Assembly (NCBI GenBank): GCA_010909165.1
Contig: MU008176.1
Coordinates: 860,856-924,855, forward strand
Length of the DNA: 64,000 nucleotides
DNA from: Anthoceros angustus
Lineage: Eukaryota > Plantae > Anthocerotophyta
Reading direction: 5' to 3'
Below, in pieces: positions 1 to 12,059 of this stretch (the stretch's first letter is position 1; each line of letters starts with the position of its first letter). The notes beneath the pieces were generated by a model. That model was not told the origin of the DNA, ran no database searches, and saw only the letters and a program-made list of their open reading frames with translations. Both the position numbers and the translations under genes were made by a program.

Positions 1-1380
1 GACAAGTGTTTACGATGTAAGGGGCCGCACAAGGCGTATGAGTGTGAGCATCGTGTTGGCGGGTCAAAGTAAAAAGAAGCTTGCAGGGCGTGTGGTAAAA
101 GCCGGGCTGCAGGCGCTTGGCGGCAAGCCCATCCACAAGCCCAAGGGCCTAGGAGATCGAACAATAGACAAGCGGCGTGTGAGTTACTCGGAAGGCACTT
201 CTTGGGTGAGTCTGGCCTGCAAGAGTTGGCCATGGCGTAAGCATAAAGAAGGACACATGTGCGTGGCGAGAAACATATGATTCGGACGAAGATGTGTTTG
301 CGTTGATAGCGGAAGGGTCAGTCGGATCAAAGGAAGCATTGATTTGATGAGATGTGAAGGTGGGGGTAGGAACCGGTTGAGAATGCCCAAATCCTTGAAC
401 AGTTCGGGCGAGGGCGGCACCACATCGGGGAGGTAGCTCAGAATCACAGTCTGTTAGAAAAAGCCATGGATGCACCCTTGGTAAGTTTGCGTGACACAGG
501 GTCGGGCACAAGTTCGGACAAGCAATGCGGGCTGGATTAAGAAGCCATTGAATTGAGCACGGTGTATGTGGCATCGGCTACGTGGTGACCATCTAAAACC
601 GACCCGAGGAAAGGTGGCATAGCATTGGTGAAGAACCAAGAGCGAGAGGTCAGCATCAATGGCTTTGCACGGAGTGTGTGCTAGTAGAGCAGTGCGGATC
701 CGGTCTTTGAGGGCACGGGTGCAAGAGGCGCTCAGCATGGAGACAAGTTGAAGCCATGTGAGTGCGGATCACCATCTGCAGTACCAAGAAGCGGTGATGG
801 GGATGACTCGCGATCCGATCGGATAGAGTATAAGCGGAGCAAGAGACGCATGTGTGGTGGGTACCATGTCAGTTTCGGATGCGAATTATGATGTGTTGTT
901 AGGAGGCGGATGCCACGCATGGACCAGCCATGGGGTGGATCCAGCACTGCATTCTATAGGCCAAGATGGCGAGATGGAGATTTCACACATGTTGCTCAAT
1001 TCCTCTGGACATGAGGAGGCATGGTGAAAGATCAAAAGTATCTTGGCATTCACGCGTGCGAAAGTGTTCACCGAGGAGGAGGTGTGGGAAGAGACCACAG
1101 ACATGGCACGCCATGAGGTGTCGGAAGAAGGCACCACATCAATGACATGTATGTGGTACACCACACCCGTGAAGGAAGTCGGATCTCCTGACTGGTTACC
1201 CTGGATCGAGGGGCACGTGCAGCCCATGCCTCGATCCTTGACACACACTACCACGGGAGCGCCATCCTATTCGGGGAGGACCATTTTGGGAGAGCTGCGA
1301 GATACAACACCTTACAGGGATAGCACTCGAGAGAATCCAGCTTGGAATCGCTTGTCCTCTTGCCTCAAGCTCTCCTTCTG
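1..1380 (-). mobile_element. Degenerate retroelement-like remnant, possibly the RT/C-terminal part of a Penelope-like element
   Basis: Fragmented minus-strand frames (e.g. VVCVKDRGMGCTCPS) loosely resemble the block at 12060-14830. No intact RT catalytic motif is readable. Confidence 0.2.
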
Positions 1381-1699
1381 AGCAATTGGCTGAGAGATTG
1401 GCTGATGTCCAGTTCACCCTCCAAGACATGGGGATGGGTGCCGATCGACTTGCCGAGCATTGGAGACAAGGCTAGCAAGAGGATCTTGCCGGGCCAGCCT
1501 GGCATCCTTGAGGACTTAGGGCGGGGCATGTGTCCCTATGGGACAGGGAATGTTCCCCACTTGAGCACGGCACGGGCGATCCCTCTCCGGGACAGCCGGG
1601 GATCCTCACCTTGAGACGATCTGAATCCCACCCCGGCTATCTCGGCGTATGCTCTTCTCATCGAGCATCACCCCGCCAAGATCGGCCGCGGATCCAGCT

Positions 1700-4600
1700 G
1701 TCCGCTCGTGTCTCTAATGCCATGGTGGACAACCGGGAGGGACATGTCATCAATGGATACGCCAAGCTCGTTCTCCCGGATACGTGGGCTCACCGGTAAT
1801 TCTTGGGCGCATGCCAGGTTGCATTTGAGTGGTGACGCCCTCCAGCACTCACCTTGGAACATGCGGACAGCATCAGGATCCTTGGAGCCTGTTTGTGGGG
1901 AGACTTTGCAGCCCGTGTCTATCACTTTGAAGCATGGGACGGCTGCTGCTATGACATTGGCGCTTCATTGCCTTGTCACGACAGCAACCAACTATGACAT
2001 TCTCCTTGGACAGGAGATTTTGTTCCCACCAGGTGTTAGCGTGGACAATTGGACCGAGCAAGCTTTCTATCGCCCTGATTGGAAGAGCGGAGGACAGCGC
2101 ATCGCCTACATTCCTTTGGATCTGCATGGCAGCATTGAAGTGGATACTGTCCAATTGGCTATGCCTCAAGTACTCATGGCTACCCTTCAGGCTGTCCCAG
2201 CATCCCGGGACTTCCACAGTCCCAATGCTCCGAGTCTCGGTGTCCCGGGACCCCTGCTCCCAATGGACAGCCAACACATGGATGACTGGCTGGAGACTGA
2301 TGAAGCCGACGGGCCCTGCGCTGAGACTAGCTTGCCGGCTGCCACAGGCCTTCGGGATGTCCTCTTGGACAGCGACAACTCAGAATTTGTGCAGCTGGTC
2401 ACCCCACAGTGCAGAAGCCGCAGCAGTTTCCTCCAGTGAGTATGCTCCCATCGGCTCTTGAACAAGACTGTCCTCATGGACCTCACCAGCAACCGACCTT
2501 ACCATCTGGAACTCTTTTGGGCTCTGCACGGTCTTGAGGCATTTCTTGAGAATGGCTGGTGATCACTCGCTATGTTTCCGTGTGTCCCATAGGCCCGCGC
2601 ATTGCTGAGTATCGACTCAAGGACGCAGAAGCGTTTCCCAACGCAATTGCCGCCTACGAATCACCAGACCTTTTTGCATTTCCCCAAGATATCCGGTACA
2701 TTCACCACATCCAACTCCTAGCGCCCATTGATGTGGTGGTTGCCGGATGGGAATGCCAGGGCTTCTCTCAAGCCGGCACATAAAGCGGATTGCAAGATCC
2801 CCGCACAGCCCTTTTTTGGGATTTGCAGCGTGTCCTCACCTGGATTCAGGAGTTCAGTCCCGGTTGCGCCTATGTCTTAGAGAACACCCCAGCGCAACTG
2901 GATACTTGATTGTCGGTGCGCCAAGACATGACAGTGGTTCAGCACCATGTGGGCACACCCCTCTTGCTAGATGCTGCACAAGTGGGTAGTTTCGCTCACC
3001 GGCTGCGAAATTATTGGACCAATTTGGCCCCAGCCTTTGGACACAGTGCTGTCCGGACTACGGGACCCACTCTTCGCCTTGCCACGTCTTGGACGCCCAT
3101 CACTGCACGGCCGGCAACCGAGAAGCCACCTTGGTATCCTACCAATGCCCGGGACTGCAGACTTTGCCTACCTTGGTGAGCTTTCCCACTCCTATGCGTA
3201 TAGGGGACAAGGGACAGCTTTGCCAACAGATACTCTGTGGTGTGGGAGGAGCCTTGTGGAAGAGCGGGAGCGCATCATGGGGTTCCACACCCATGCCACT
3301 CCCACAGTGTCATCCGTCATGCGCAGCTTTTAGGCGAGCTATGGATCTCACACCGACGGCTTGTGAGTGCTTGCCTTGCTTTTCAACTCCTATCCCGATC
3401 CGGGACACTCGGTGGAGTTGCGTCTGGGCACACCGCCGGGCCGATGCGTGCATTTGCCCTTCCTGCTACACCACTGGTCTTATTGGATGGTGGGGGGAGA
3501 GCATGAGGCATGGGCGCCCATGAATGTTTTTCAGCATCCACTGGTGGCCGGAGTCCCGATGGCGCTGATCCCCGAGGCGGAGAGCCACCAGCACCTAAGC
3601 TCAAGCTATGTCTGAGACTTTTCCATGGACCATGGGACCCAAGCTTAGCGCCGGACAGCAGGCACTTGTGCGCCTTTGATACTTGACAAGGACCGCTTTC
3701 GCTTTCTCCATGAAGGAGCGGCCGCAATGTGGCCATTTTCACATCAATCGACCAGCAAGGAGCCCATTTACGCGACGATGCTCGCAGATGAGTGGACATG
3801 GTGGATGCACGTCAAGAATTGCCGGAAGCCGGGCTCATCCGTCCTTCACACTGGACTATGCCACGGTCATGCCACCTAAGAAGGACAGCAATGGCCTATG
3901 GACGAGAAGCGGATGTGGGGACTACCGTCCCATCAATGCTGCCACCGAGACCGTACCCAATGCCGACCACGAGGAGATTTTGACAAGATTGGCAACTCCA
4001 CTTTCTTCTCCATACCGACCTTCGGCAAGGCTTCAACCGGTCCCGGTGGCTAAGGAGGACATCAAGAAAACCGCTTTCCATGGTTCCCAGCAGTGGGAAT
4101 GGCTGGTGATGCCTTCGCTTCAAGAATGCACCGGTCACTTTTCAGCGTGTCATGGACAAAGTGCTTGCTGGATCCGCCAATCTAGTGTGCTATATTGATG
4201 ATGTGCTTGTCCACAGCGTGGACTTTGAGTCACATTTAGCCCATTTGGAGGACCTATTTCAGTGCTTGAGGAAGGCACAGCTGACCTGCCACCCGGCTAA
4301 GTGCGAGTTTGGGAGTGACACAGTGGGCTACCTTGGACATTGCATTGTGCCCAATGGAGTGACGCCACACTCTGCCAAGGTTCAGGCCATTCTACAGGTC
4401 AAAGAGCCTACCAATGTTTCGGCGCTACGAGCTTTCTTGGGTCTATGCAATTACTATCGAGTATACATCCAAAACTTCAGAATAGCCAAGCCCTCAACGC
4501 TGCGCAAGGATGTCAAATGGGAATGGACAGAGGTGGTTCAGCAATCCTTTGAAGGAAAGGCTGACCGAGGCACCTGGCTAGGCCAGATTGAGAAGCCTTT

Positions 4601-6320
4601 GTGGTCCACACCGACCGGAGCATCTTGGGACTTGGAGCGGTGCCGGCCCACTAGACGAGGAAGGGCGGAGCGAGTGATTGCCTATGCTCGCAGCAACAAT
4701 AGAGCTGAAGCAAACCATGAGCTACCAAGGAGAGTGTCTTGCGCCTGCAGGGGTGCTTGCCACTTTCTCCTACCTCTATGGCAAGCCCTTTACGCTGGTC
4801 ACCGATCATCAGCCTCTCAAGTGGCTCATGACCAACACCAAGCTCGAAGCTGGCCGATGGGCCATGATTCTTCAAGACTATGAATTCGAGGTGGTCCACC
4901 GTAGGGCATCACATCAAACCGACACTTTGTCCCGAAATCGGAGACAAGAAATAAGATGCCACGGAGGCAAGGCAAGATGCTGATTCCAAGAATGCCCGGT
5001 CTTCTCCGGCTTTGCATGGTCTGCCTTGGACAGCTTGAGGCCAAATGATCGAGTCCCAAGGACGTGTGGGAGGATTCACACTTTGAAGTTTTTGCAACAG
5101 TCGCTAGACTCCTCCTTGAGATTAGCCGAACAGAGCGGATCAACAGGCCTCCTCATACCAATGGCGGATGGCTACCTTCACGAAGGTACATAATGGGCCG
5201 CCTAGTTCCACCACCGCGACGGGTGGAGTCGATCCACCGAGTACACAACGACATGGGACACTTTGGTGTCAAGCGCACCTTGACCTATTGGTTCCTCACT
5301 TTGGCATGGCATGCATGCAGTCAAGCAATGTGGCGTCTTGTGAGGAATGTGACCGGTCAAGACCTCATTCACTATCCAACATGCGCAGCCACCCACTCCC
5401 GATCATGGGACTATTCTTCGTGTGGTCTGTGACTTGATAGGAGAGCTCCACGGACGCCAAGAGGGAATGTTTACATTCTCGTTATGATGGAACATTTCTC
5501 CAAGTGGGTTGAGGTAGTGGCGCTACTGCACAAGACTTCACGAGCACGGCCCAAGCATTCTAACGCGTCTTGGGTAGATTTGGAAGCGCCGAGTGTCTCA
5601 CCAAGGCTCAATTCGGGAGAGTTCCAAGATCTTTTGGATTCAGCCCTCATTGATCACCGGACCAGCCGGATCATCCCAGTGATGGGTTGGAGCGGATGGT
5701 TGAGACCATCAAGAAGGGTCTTAGGAAACTCGCCTACAGCGCCAAGACCGAGGGGACTTGTCACTCAGTATATTGCCATGGGATACCGTATGAGCAAGCA
5801 CGCGGCTCATTTCACCCCTACTGTTTGGTAGGAGCCACCCCCTAGTTCCATTGCCAAGCACATGTACGAGGTGGTGGACTTGGATGACCCCAGGGGCTCG
5901 AGTCATTGGACAGCTGCTCTCTTTCGCCAAGCAATGCCTATGGCCATGGCCAATTTGGCGCATTGCTCAAAGACCGAGACACCTCCGCTATGCCCACACT
6001 CGTGGCGCGCCCCAAGTCAAGAAATTTCTGTGGGAGACTTCATCTACTTGCAGCAAACTCGTGATACCTTGGACACCAGAAGAATGTGCTACGGGTCAAG
6101 GAGGTCAGGGTTCGAAGGAGTCGATGGGCGCACAACCACCGACCACATGAAGAATTGTGCGCCCGCCACCTCCCAAATCTTGATCCAACCATTGTCACAC
6201 CATCGGATTCCCCACAGACACCATGCCAAGTATGCCCGCATCGAGGATTCGAGACTTGATGTTGCAGCGATTAGAATGGCGGAAGGCAACCCCGCTACTA
6301 CCATGTGGTGGCGGTGTTGA
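1700..6320 (+). mobile_element. Ty3/gypsy pol region (protease - C5 DNA methyltransferase - RT - RNase H - integrase), frameshifted; LTRs not identified
   Basis: Protease: VLPDT(G)A ~1770 and NYDILLG ~1990. RT: CGDYRPINAAT, EDIKKTAF, WEWLVMP, CYIDDVLVHS. RNase H: ERVIAYAR, LYGKPFTLVTDHQPLKWL. Integrase: IHRVHNDMGHFGVKRT, CEECDR, EHFSKWVEVVAL. The RT-RH-INT order is diagnostic of gypsy. Confidence 0.92.
2495..3360 (+). pseudogene. DNA (cytosine-5) methyltransferase domain embedded in the gypsy pol (frameshifted in this assembly)
   Basis: Colinear motifs across frames: I LELF..GLEAFLENG (~2505-2558); IV PIDVVVAGWECQGFSQAG (~2723-2777, catalytic Cys); V GLQDPRTALF; VI YVLENTP (2871-2891); VIII LDAAQVGSFAHRLRNYWTNL; IX RSLVEERERIMGF; X QLLG-AMD. 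Confidence 0.88.
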
Positions 6321-6545
6321 GCATGATGCCTGGTGGGCAACAATGAGCCACACACTGCGCGCACGGTGGCCCATAGTCCTCCTCATCCGCAGCTTGTGGA
6401 GACAAGGCGCTACCGGCTTGGCCGTGAGGCTGGCGTGAGTGCCGCTATCTACCGTGGAGAGCGGCACAGACGCCTCAAGGAGGCCACCTTCGTGGTGGCG
6501 CGAATTTGGCCTTAGCCTTGTCACTGTTGCTTGTTGCGTGAAATT

Positions 6546-7833
6546 TTAAATTGGCCGGAACTTGCTCCGATGCATTGGATGCCCCTGATTTTGATGCCCG
6601 CCTGAAAGCACACTGCCAAGATGGCCAGTCTTGTGGCAATGAGAGCACACCCTCCATGGGGCACTTGCATGCTGGTGCCAAATGTTCGGACTCCAATGAT
6701 TGCCATGGCTTCCATGGTCGCCTGCGACACCGGCCTTGGTGGCTTGCTGAATGCCTTGCTTGGGAACTCCCACTCCGTGATCGTCCCTTGGCTGCTTGAA
6801 CATGGATCGTAATGTAACTTTGGAATGCCGGGAGGCATAGGCAGAAAAAGCAATCTCCTTGCGCCTCCGCCTCCGCACCTGTTCAAGGTGTACCGGTCCC
6901 CATACTTGTCCACCATGAGGTGACAAGCTGGAAATGGAACAAGGAGTCCCCTTCCAGCTGTAAGGAAACTTCTCCGGCCTCCTGATCTGTGAGCATTCCG
7001 TCCCTTCACGCAACTGCAGCCTTCGGAAGGTCATCTGGACTGTCTCCCTTTCTTGCGCCAAAGCTAGCAAGCTCAGCGATTTTCTCCGGCGTCTTGAGTG
7101 GAAACGCCTTCTCCAGAATCTGCAGAAACTCCTCCACCGGGTTGGCATGTTTGGGCGTGTGAATGAACTCATCCACTCCCAAAGTGGCTGTTCTCTCCGC
7201 TGCAGTCAAGCTGGTGACTGTGGGTGGAGGCTCTGTGGGCTGGACAGATCCATCGATCCCAGCCTGATGCGCAATGATCCCGAGGCCAACTTTGCATTGT
7301 AGGCCAGCAGCGCATTCTGAAAGATCGGGTTAGGAGTGGCTGCTGTGGACAGCAACTCAACCTGGTGGACCTCATACAAATCCAGCGCTTCATCATCAAG
7401 TGGGGACAACTGCTCAAACATGTACCGATGATTGTCGCTTCCATGCTTGAACTTCACTCGGCTGATCATGCTGTTGACAAACAGCTTGAAGTCCCGCAAT
7501 GGTTGTGTAGGCCTTCCTGAAAGCTCCTGCCTGTAAGAGGTTCCTCCTCCTCCCATGTCGAATCTTCGGATAGATCTTGGTCCAAGTGGAGTTGGAGTTG
7601 AGACTGTCCAAGTATGGTTGAGCCTGGGACTGTTCCGTAGCTGCACTTGGGACTGTCCCAAGTGTGCCCTGACTGTCCCAAGGGGTCCCGAGTAGGGGTG
7701 CCCCCATCCCAGTATGGGTGCCCCAGGGACTGTCAGTATGGCGCTGGGGCCCCATCCAGGATGGCCGCTTGGGGCCCCATCCCCATTGTAAGCTTGGGGT
7801 CCCGAGTATGGACCTCCTCCTCCTCGGAATCAA
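6546..7833 (-). mobile_element. Retrotransposon gag-like region with a CCHC-type zinc knuckle, convergent with the gypsy pol
   Basis: Frames read LSGRPTQPLRDFKLFVNSMISRVKFKHG...EALDLYE, then FLQILEKAFPLKTPEKIAELASFGARKGDSP (gag core-like), then RVCSHCHKTGHLGSV (zinc knuckle; the last Cys lies in a shifted frame). Confidence 0.65.
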
Positions 7834-9189
7834 GGTTGTCCACCAGCGATGTAGCGAGCTCGATCAAGGGACCAGTCCACAGATCTTGAGGTAGCGGTGG
7901 TGTCCCGGGCCCTAATGTTATCCTCCACCTCTCTACCTCGCTGTCGCCTTGCTGTCCTCCTCCTCCTGGCTGTAGGCGCTCAGGGGTGACTGGAAATGGT
8001 GTTCAAGCCTGCGTGGGCTTGTACCCTCCTCCTCAGAGTGCATCCCCCATGAAAGCACATACAAGAAAAGGGTCAGCTAGCTAGGCTGGAAGAGGAAAAG
8101 AAGGCAAGCTAGCACTGCAGTCATGCTTGCTGCTAAAGCTAGAAAACCAGACAAGTCCAGAATTGTGAAATGTCAAGTCACAGCTGCAAAAAGGACCTGC
8201 AGGGAACCAGTCTATAAGCTAAGCTAAGAGCTAGGCTACGTGTAATGAAAGACCTGAAGTTCCAATGTCCATAAGAGCCCTAGCCCCTATGCTGCAACAA
8301 GAGGGGTGTTGGCTGCAAATAGCCAACATTCCCCCACTGAAACCCTAGATGACCAAATCCTCCAAGGCATTCAATCCCTGGATTTCACTCGAAATTGAAC
8401 AAAAATTATACCAATAGATTTGTCTCAGCAAGGCGAACAATCTGGTATGTGAATCGAAGGCAACCAACCTCTGGCGGACGCTATGAGCTCTGGAAGGCTG
8501 GGACAGCTTGCTGCAGGTGGAATGCTGCTGCTGCTAGCACGGTAGGTGTGTTGGTGATGCCGCCTTGCTGTAGTTGCCTGGCCGCCTCCACCAATCTGAA
8601 TCGCCCCTAGCTCTTGCATGCCATGCTCCAGATTGACATTGAAGGTTGTTGTTGAAGTAAAAATCGCGCTGTTGAACAGCATCGCTGCTGTTGGATGTAG
8701 CGGGCCTCACACGATTGTGAGGCTGGCGGTCTGGAAATCGCGCCCACGCTGCGGATCGCCCTCCCAAGTTCGATCCCAAGGAAAACATCAACACATTCCA
8801 CACACAAAATTCCAGAAATTGCAATGCTTCTTTCTCCTTACAGCGCTCTCGGCACGACTTCAACAACGCCTACAATGGGCGCCCTCCTCCTTTTGTCAGC
8901 GTCCATCTCAATCTCACGCTCAGATCCACTTGGCAATTGGTCCTTGCATGATTTCTACAGGCACCCTTGGTGTGAGCAGTCATGGCGCCCTTCACCTGCA
9001 GCACTTCTAGGGTACCTCGGCCAACCTAAGTCAACTCCTAGGTGTTGTTAATGAAACAAACCCTAACTAAACACACCTGAAAACAAATGTGGTTTGGTTG
9101 GTCAAATATATATTCAAGCAATATCCTAGCCTATCTCAACAAAGGAAAATAAGGCTAAGGTAAGTAAGTAGTAGGTCCTAAGACAGCCT

Positions 9190-12050
9190 CAAGTTGCCGG
9201 AACTGAGGTATCAGGACGTTGGGCTGGTGAGTATCATCGGGATTAGGAGAGTCCCGGACGGCCGGGATCTCCATCTCAGTCAAGACATCCGCCTCTCACC
9301 TTGTTTTCACGACGATATATGTGTTAATGTGGAGGGCGGAGGAAGGGTCACTACACCGGAGGTGGCTCGGCACGCACAAGGAAGGGAGGAGGACCCCGGG
9401 AGGCCGTGGAAGGCAGCGGGCATTCGGAACCAAGGGCTCAGGATCAGCGTGATATTATGAGGAGGCGGGAACCCGGGGCCGTGGTCCGGACTTGTCCCGA
9501 CTCTGAAGGCCGGCCTCCGGTCCCAGGCCAAGTCCTGGACTTAGTGATCCAGACTCTAGGCTGGCGGGCACCCCGAGGTCCAGGACTCCCGAGGAAGGGG
9601 TTGGGTCCGACCCTGACTCCAGAGGCAAGTCCGGACCCCGAGGTCCCAACCTTCCGAGAAGAAGGCCGGACATTGACCGGACCCGGAAGGGGAAGACCTG
9701 ACCTAGAGGTCCGGACCGAGTCGAGACGGGTCCCGAGGTCCGACTCAGGAGTGGGGAGAGCCACCACCAAATCAGACCCAGATCCCTTGGAGGGCTTTGT
9801 TCGCAGGGCCCGCAGAGACAAGAGGAGGGGACGGTGGAGTTAAGGCTCGTTCTGAAGTACTGACGGAGCACGACTTATTTGGGTCAAACTTCCTTAATAC
9901 CGAGCATTTGTCTTTACAAATGTGTGCGATTCTTTGAATCTAGGTACCGGTGCGGGGCGCTCGATGATGAGAGAGGCGGATGGTGAGAATCTTGACCACT
10001 TGCTTTTCCATTCTCATTTTGAGATCTTTCTTTAGTTGTGTTAACCTCGGCTTGGGACGGCGGGGCTACTTTGCCTTCTTTTGCAATCCCTCTCCCGGTG
10101 CCGCACGTTGCACCAATTTACGGGTTTCTTGGTTGAGGAAGATGAACCGGGTGGTCGGACGACGAGAATCTTGGTCGTCCTCCTCTTCTCGCCCTCTCCA
10201 AGAACCTCCGCGTGAGGTGTAGAGGACTCTGTCATCCGAACCTTTCCGAGCCACTGGATTGTGTCAAGTCGACTCTGCTCTTCTTGATACAGCGCGAGAT
10301 ATCACATTCTCAGGTGAGGTTCACAGAGTTCCAGTGCCACGTTACGGCCAGCTATAGCAAGTGGCCCATTTTGTGACACAAAAGTTTGGTATGATCACGG
10401 AAGACTAAGCGGGGAGCAATAGCATCCTCTTGATCATTTTGGTGTTCAAGCAGGCGGGAGGCGAAGATGAGAAATTTGCTTGTGTGGGCAGCCACCTGTC
10501 ACCCTCCCGCATCTTCAAAGTGTAGAACTCCTGCATCTTGCACACTTAGTAAGCATCGTCTTGGGCATATGTATTAATGCTGATTCCAAACTTCATGGGC
10601 TTTAGTCAAAGATTCCATATCTGGAATGAGAACTTCATCAAGTCCGTGGATCAAGAGCAAAACAACACTGGTTGAGTTCCATTTGTCAACATCGACTTGT
10701 GTTATAGTGGTTCGATTAGATCACACTCGGTAGGAAAAAGCGGTTCGCGTAAGATCCATCCACGACTCCCCATACTCCTCTCTTACCTTGAGTGGTCATC
10801 ATACGTACACGCCATATGTCAAATTTCGTTCCATTGAATCTGTCTTGTGTTTTCAATTCTGCTGTAAAGGTTGGAGCAGCCATACTGACAGATGGAACTA
10901 GTTATATAGAAAGCGGAGTTGAAAGGGAAAAAGGAAGGTGGATTGGGAGGAACTGGTGGTGGATTGGATGGAGATGTAGACGATCTAGGTGGACTGCGTG
11001 GTGGGCTTGGAGGAGGTGTCCTAAAAGCCCAAACCGCGTCTACGTAATATGTATGGAGATAAAGGGAAGCTAAAGAGGTGGTCTCTAGCAGACATACATA
11101 AATACAAAACCACCACCGAGCAGTGGCGGTTATCTAAAGAAAACTCTTTTAGGGTTTCATTTGGCTTTTAGCGAACTAGAAAAGACCAACTAACTGCTGA
11201 CTTCTTTTCTAGGGCATGGATGGCTTGAGCGGTTACTAGCGCGGTCTTGAGCCGGTGAGCGAGAAAAGGGGTAGCACAGGTGGAAAACAGACCATCACCA
11301 TGCTAGAAAAGCAGGTTAGATCAATCGTGGCTCCTCCTCGGAGGGCGTAATGTGATATTCGTATGTGCAATTGCTTGAGTGGTCCTTCAATTTGAGAAAA
11401 TCTAACAAATAGTTTATGAATTTTAAAAGTCGACCTCATAGAAAAGATTGTTGTCTACGGACGTTTAAAATTCCTTCCAAATTGTACCTCGGTGAATATC
11501 ACGCAATGTGTTTGCGGATGTCTTGGTATCTCCGTCTGAGGCTGCGGTCTTGAGAGAGATCGCCTAACAGGTTTCTTGGTGATCTTGTTTGAACAATCGT
11601 CCACAAGCGGTACAAGTGGATGTTGTAGCGATTCGTGTAGATTTTTGATGTGAAATATATTGCGGCCTTGACACATAATAATTCTCGGATCAATTGATCA
11701 CGTTATTTGTCTCAACTTGATCCGAGGATCTTTGGTTGGAATACGAGGAGGTCTTTAGAAAACGGCCTTGAGAAGGTCTTTGCAAATCCTCCTCTTCCAC
11801 GAATCCACAATTCGATTTATTCCTCGGCATTGCAACTCTGACATGTTCACCGGTACATGTGCTCGATACCATATGAAAACCAGGCTGGATTTAAGTCAAG
11901 AAAGCTTGACATGATGTGGTATCGCGAAGAACAAGTGCAAACAAGCGGCAGAATGCTTAGATAAAATAAAATAAGTGAGCATACACATAAAACGTAAATT
12001 GTAGTTTAAATAGTGTAAACCTAATGAACCCCATACGCCTAGGTTACACA
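9190..12050 (-). mobile_element. Ty1/copia 5' half (putative ~177-bp LTR 11874-12050, PBS, gag, protease), internally deleted or truncated
   Basis: Minus strand: TG..CA-bounded segment followed by the tRNA-iMet-like PBS TGGTATCGAGC. Gag: DRFNGTKFDIWRVRM, GVWGVVDG, QEFYTLKMREG, knuckle-like WCNVRHRERDC. Protease: YLDS...AHICKDK (~9915-9948). No integrase core seen; the lower boundary is uncertain. Confidence 0.75.
11861..11871 (-). promoter_or_regulatory. Primer binding site (tRNA-iMet type) of the copia element
   Basis: The reverse complement reads tggtatcgagc, 2 nt after an LTR-like ...tttCA end. Confidence 0.7.
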
Positions 12051-12059
12051 TATACTTAA

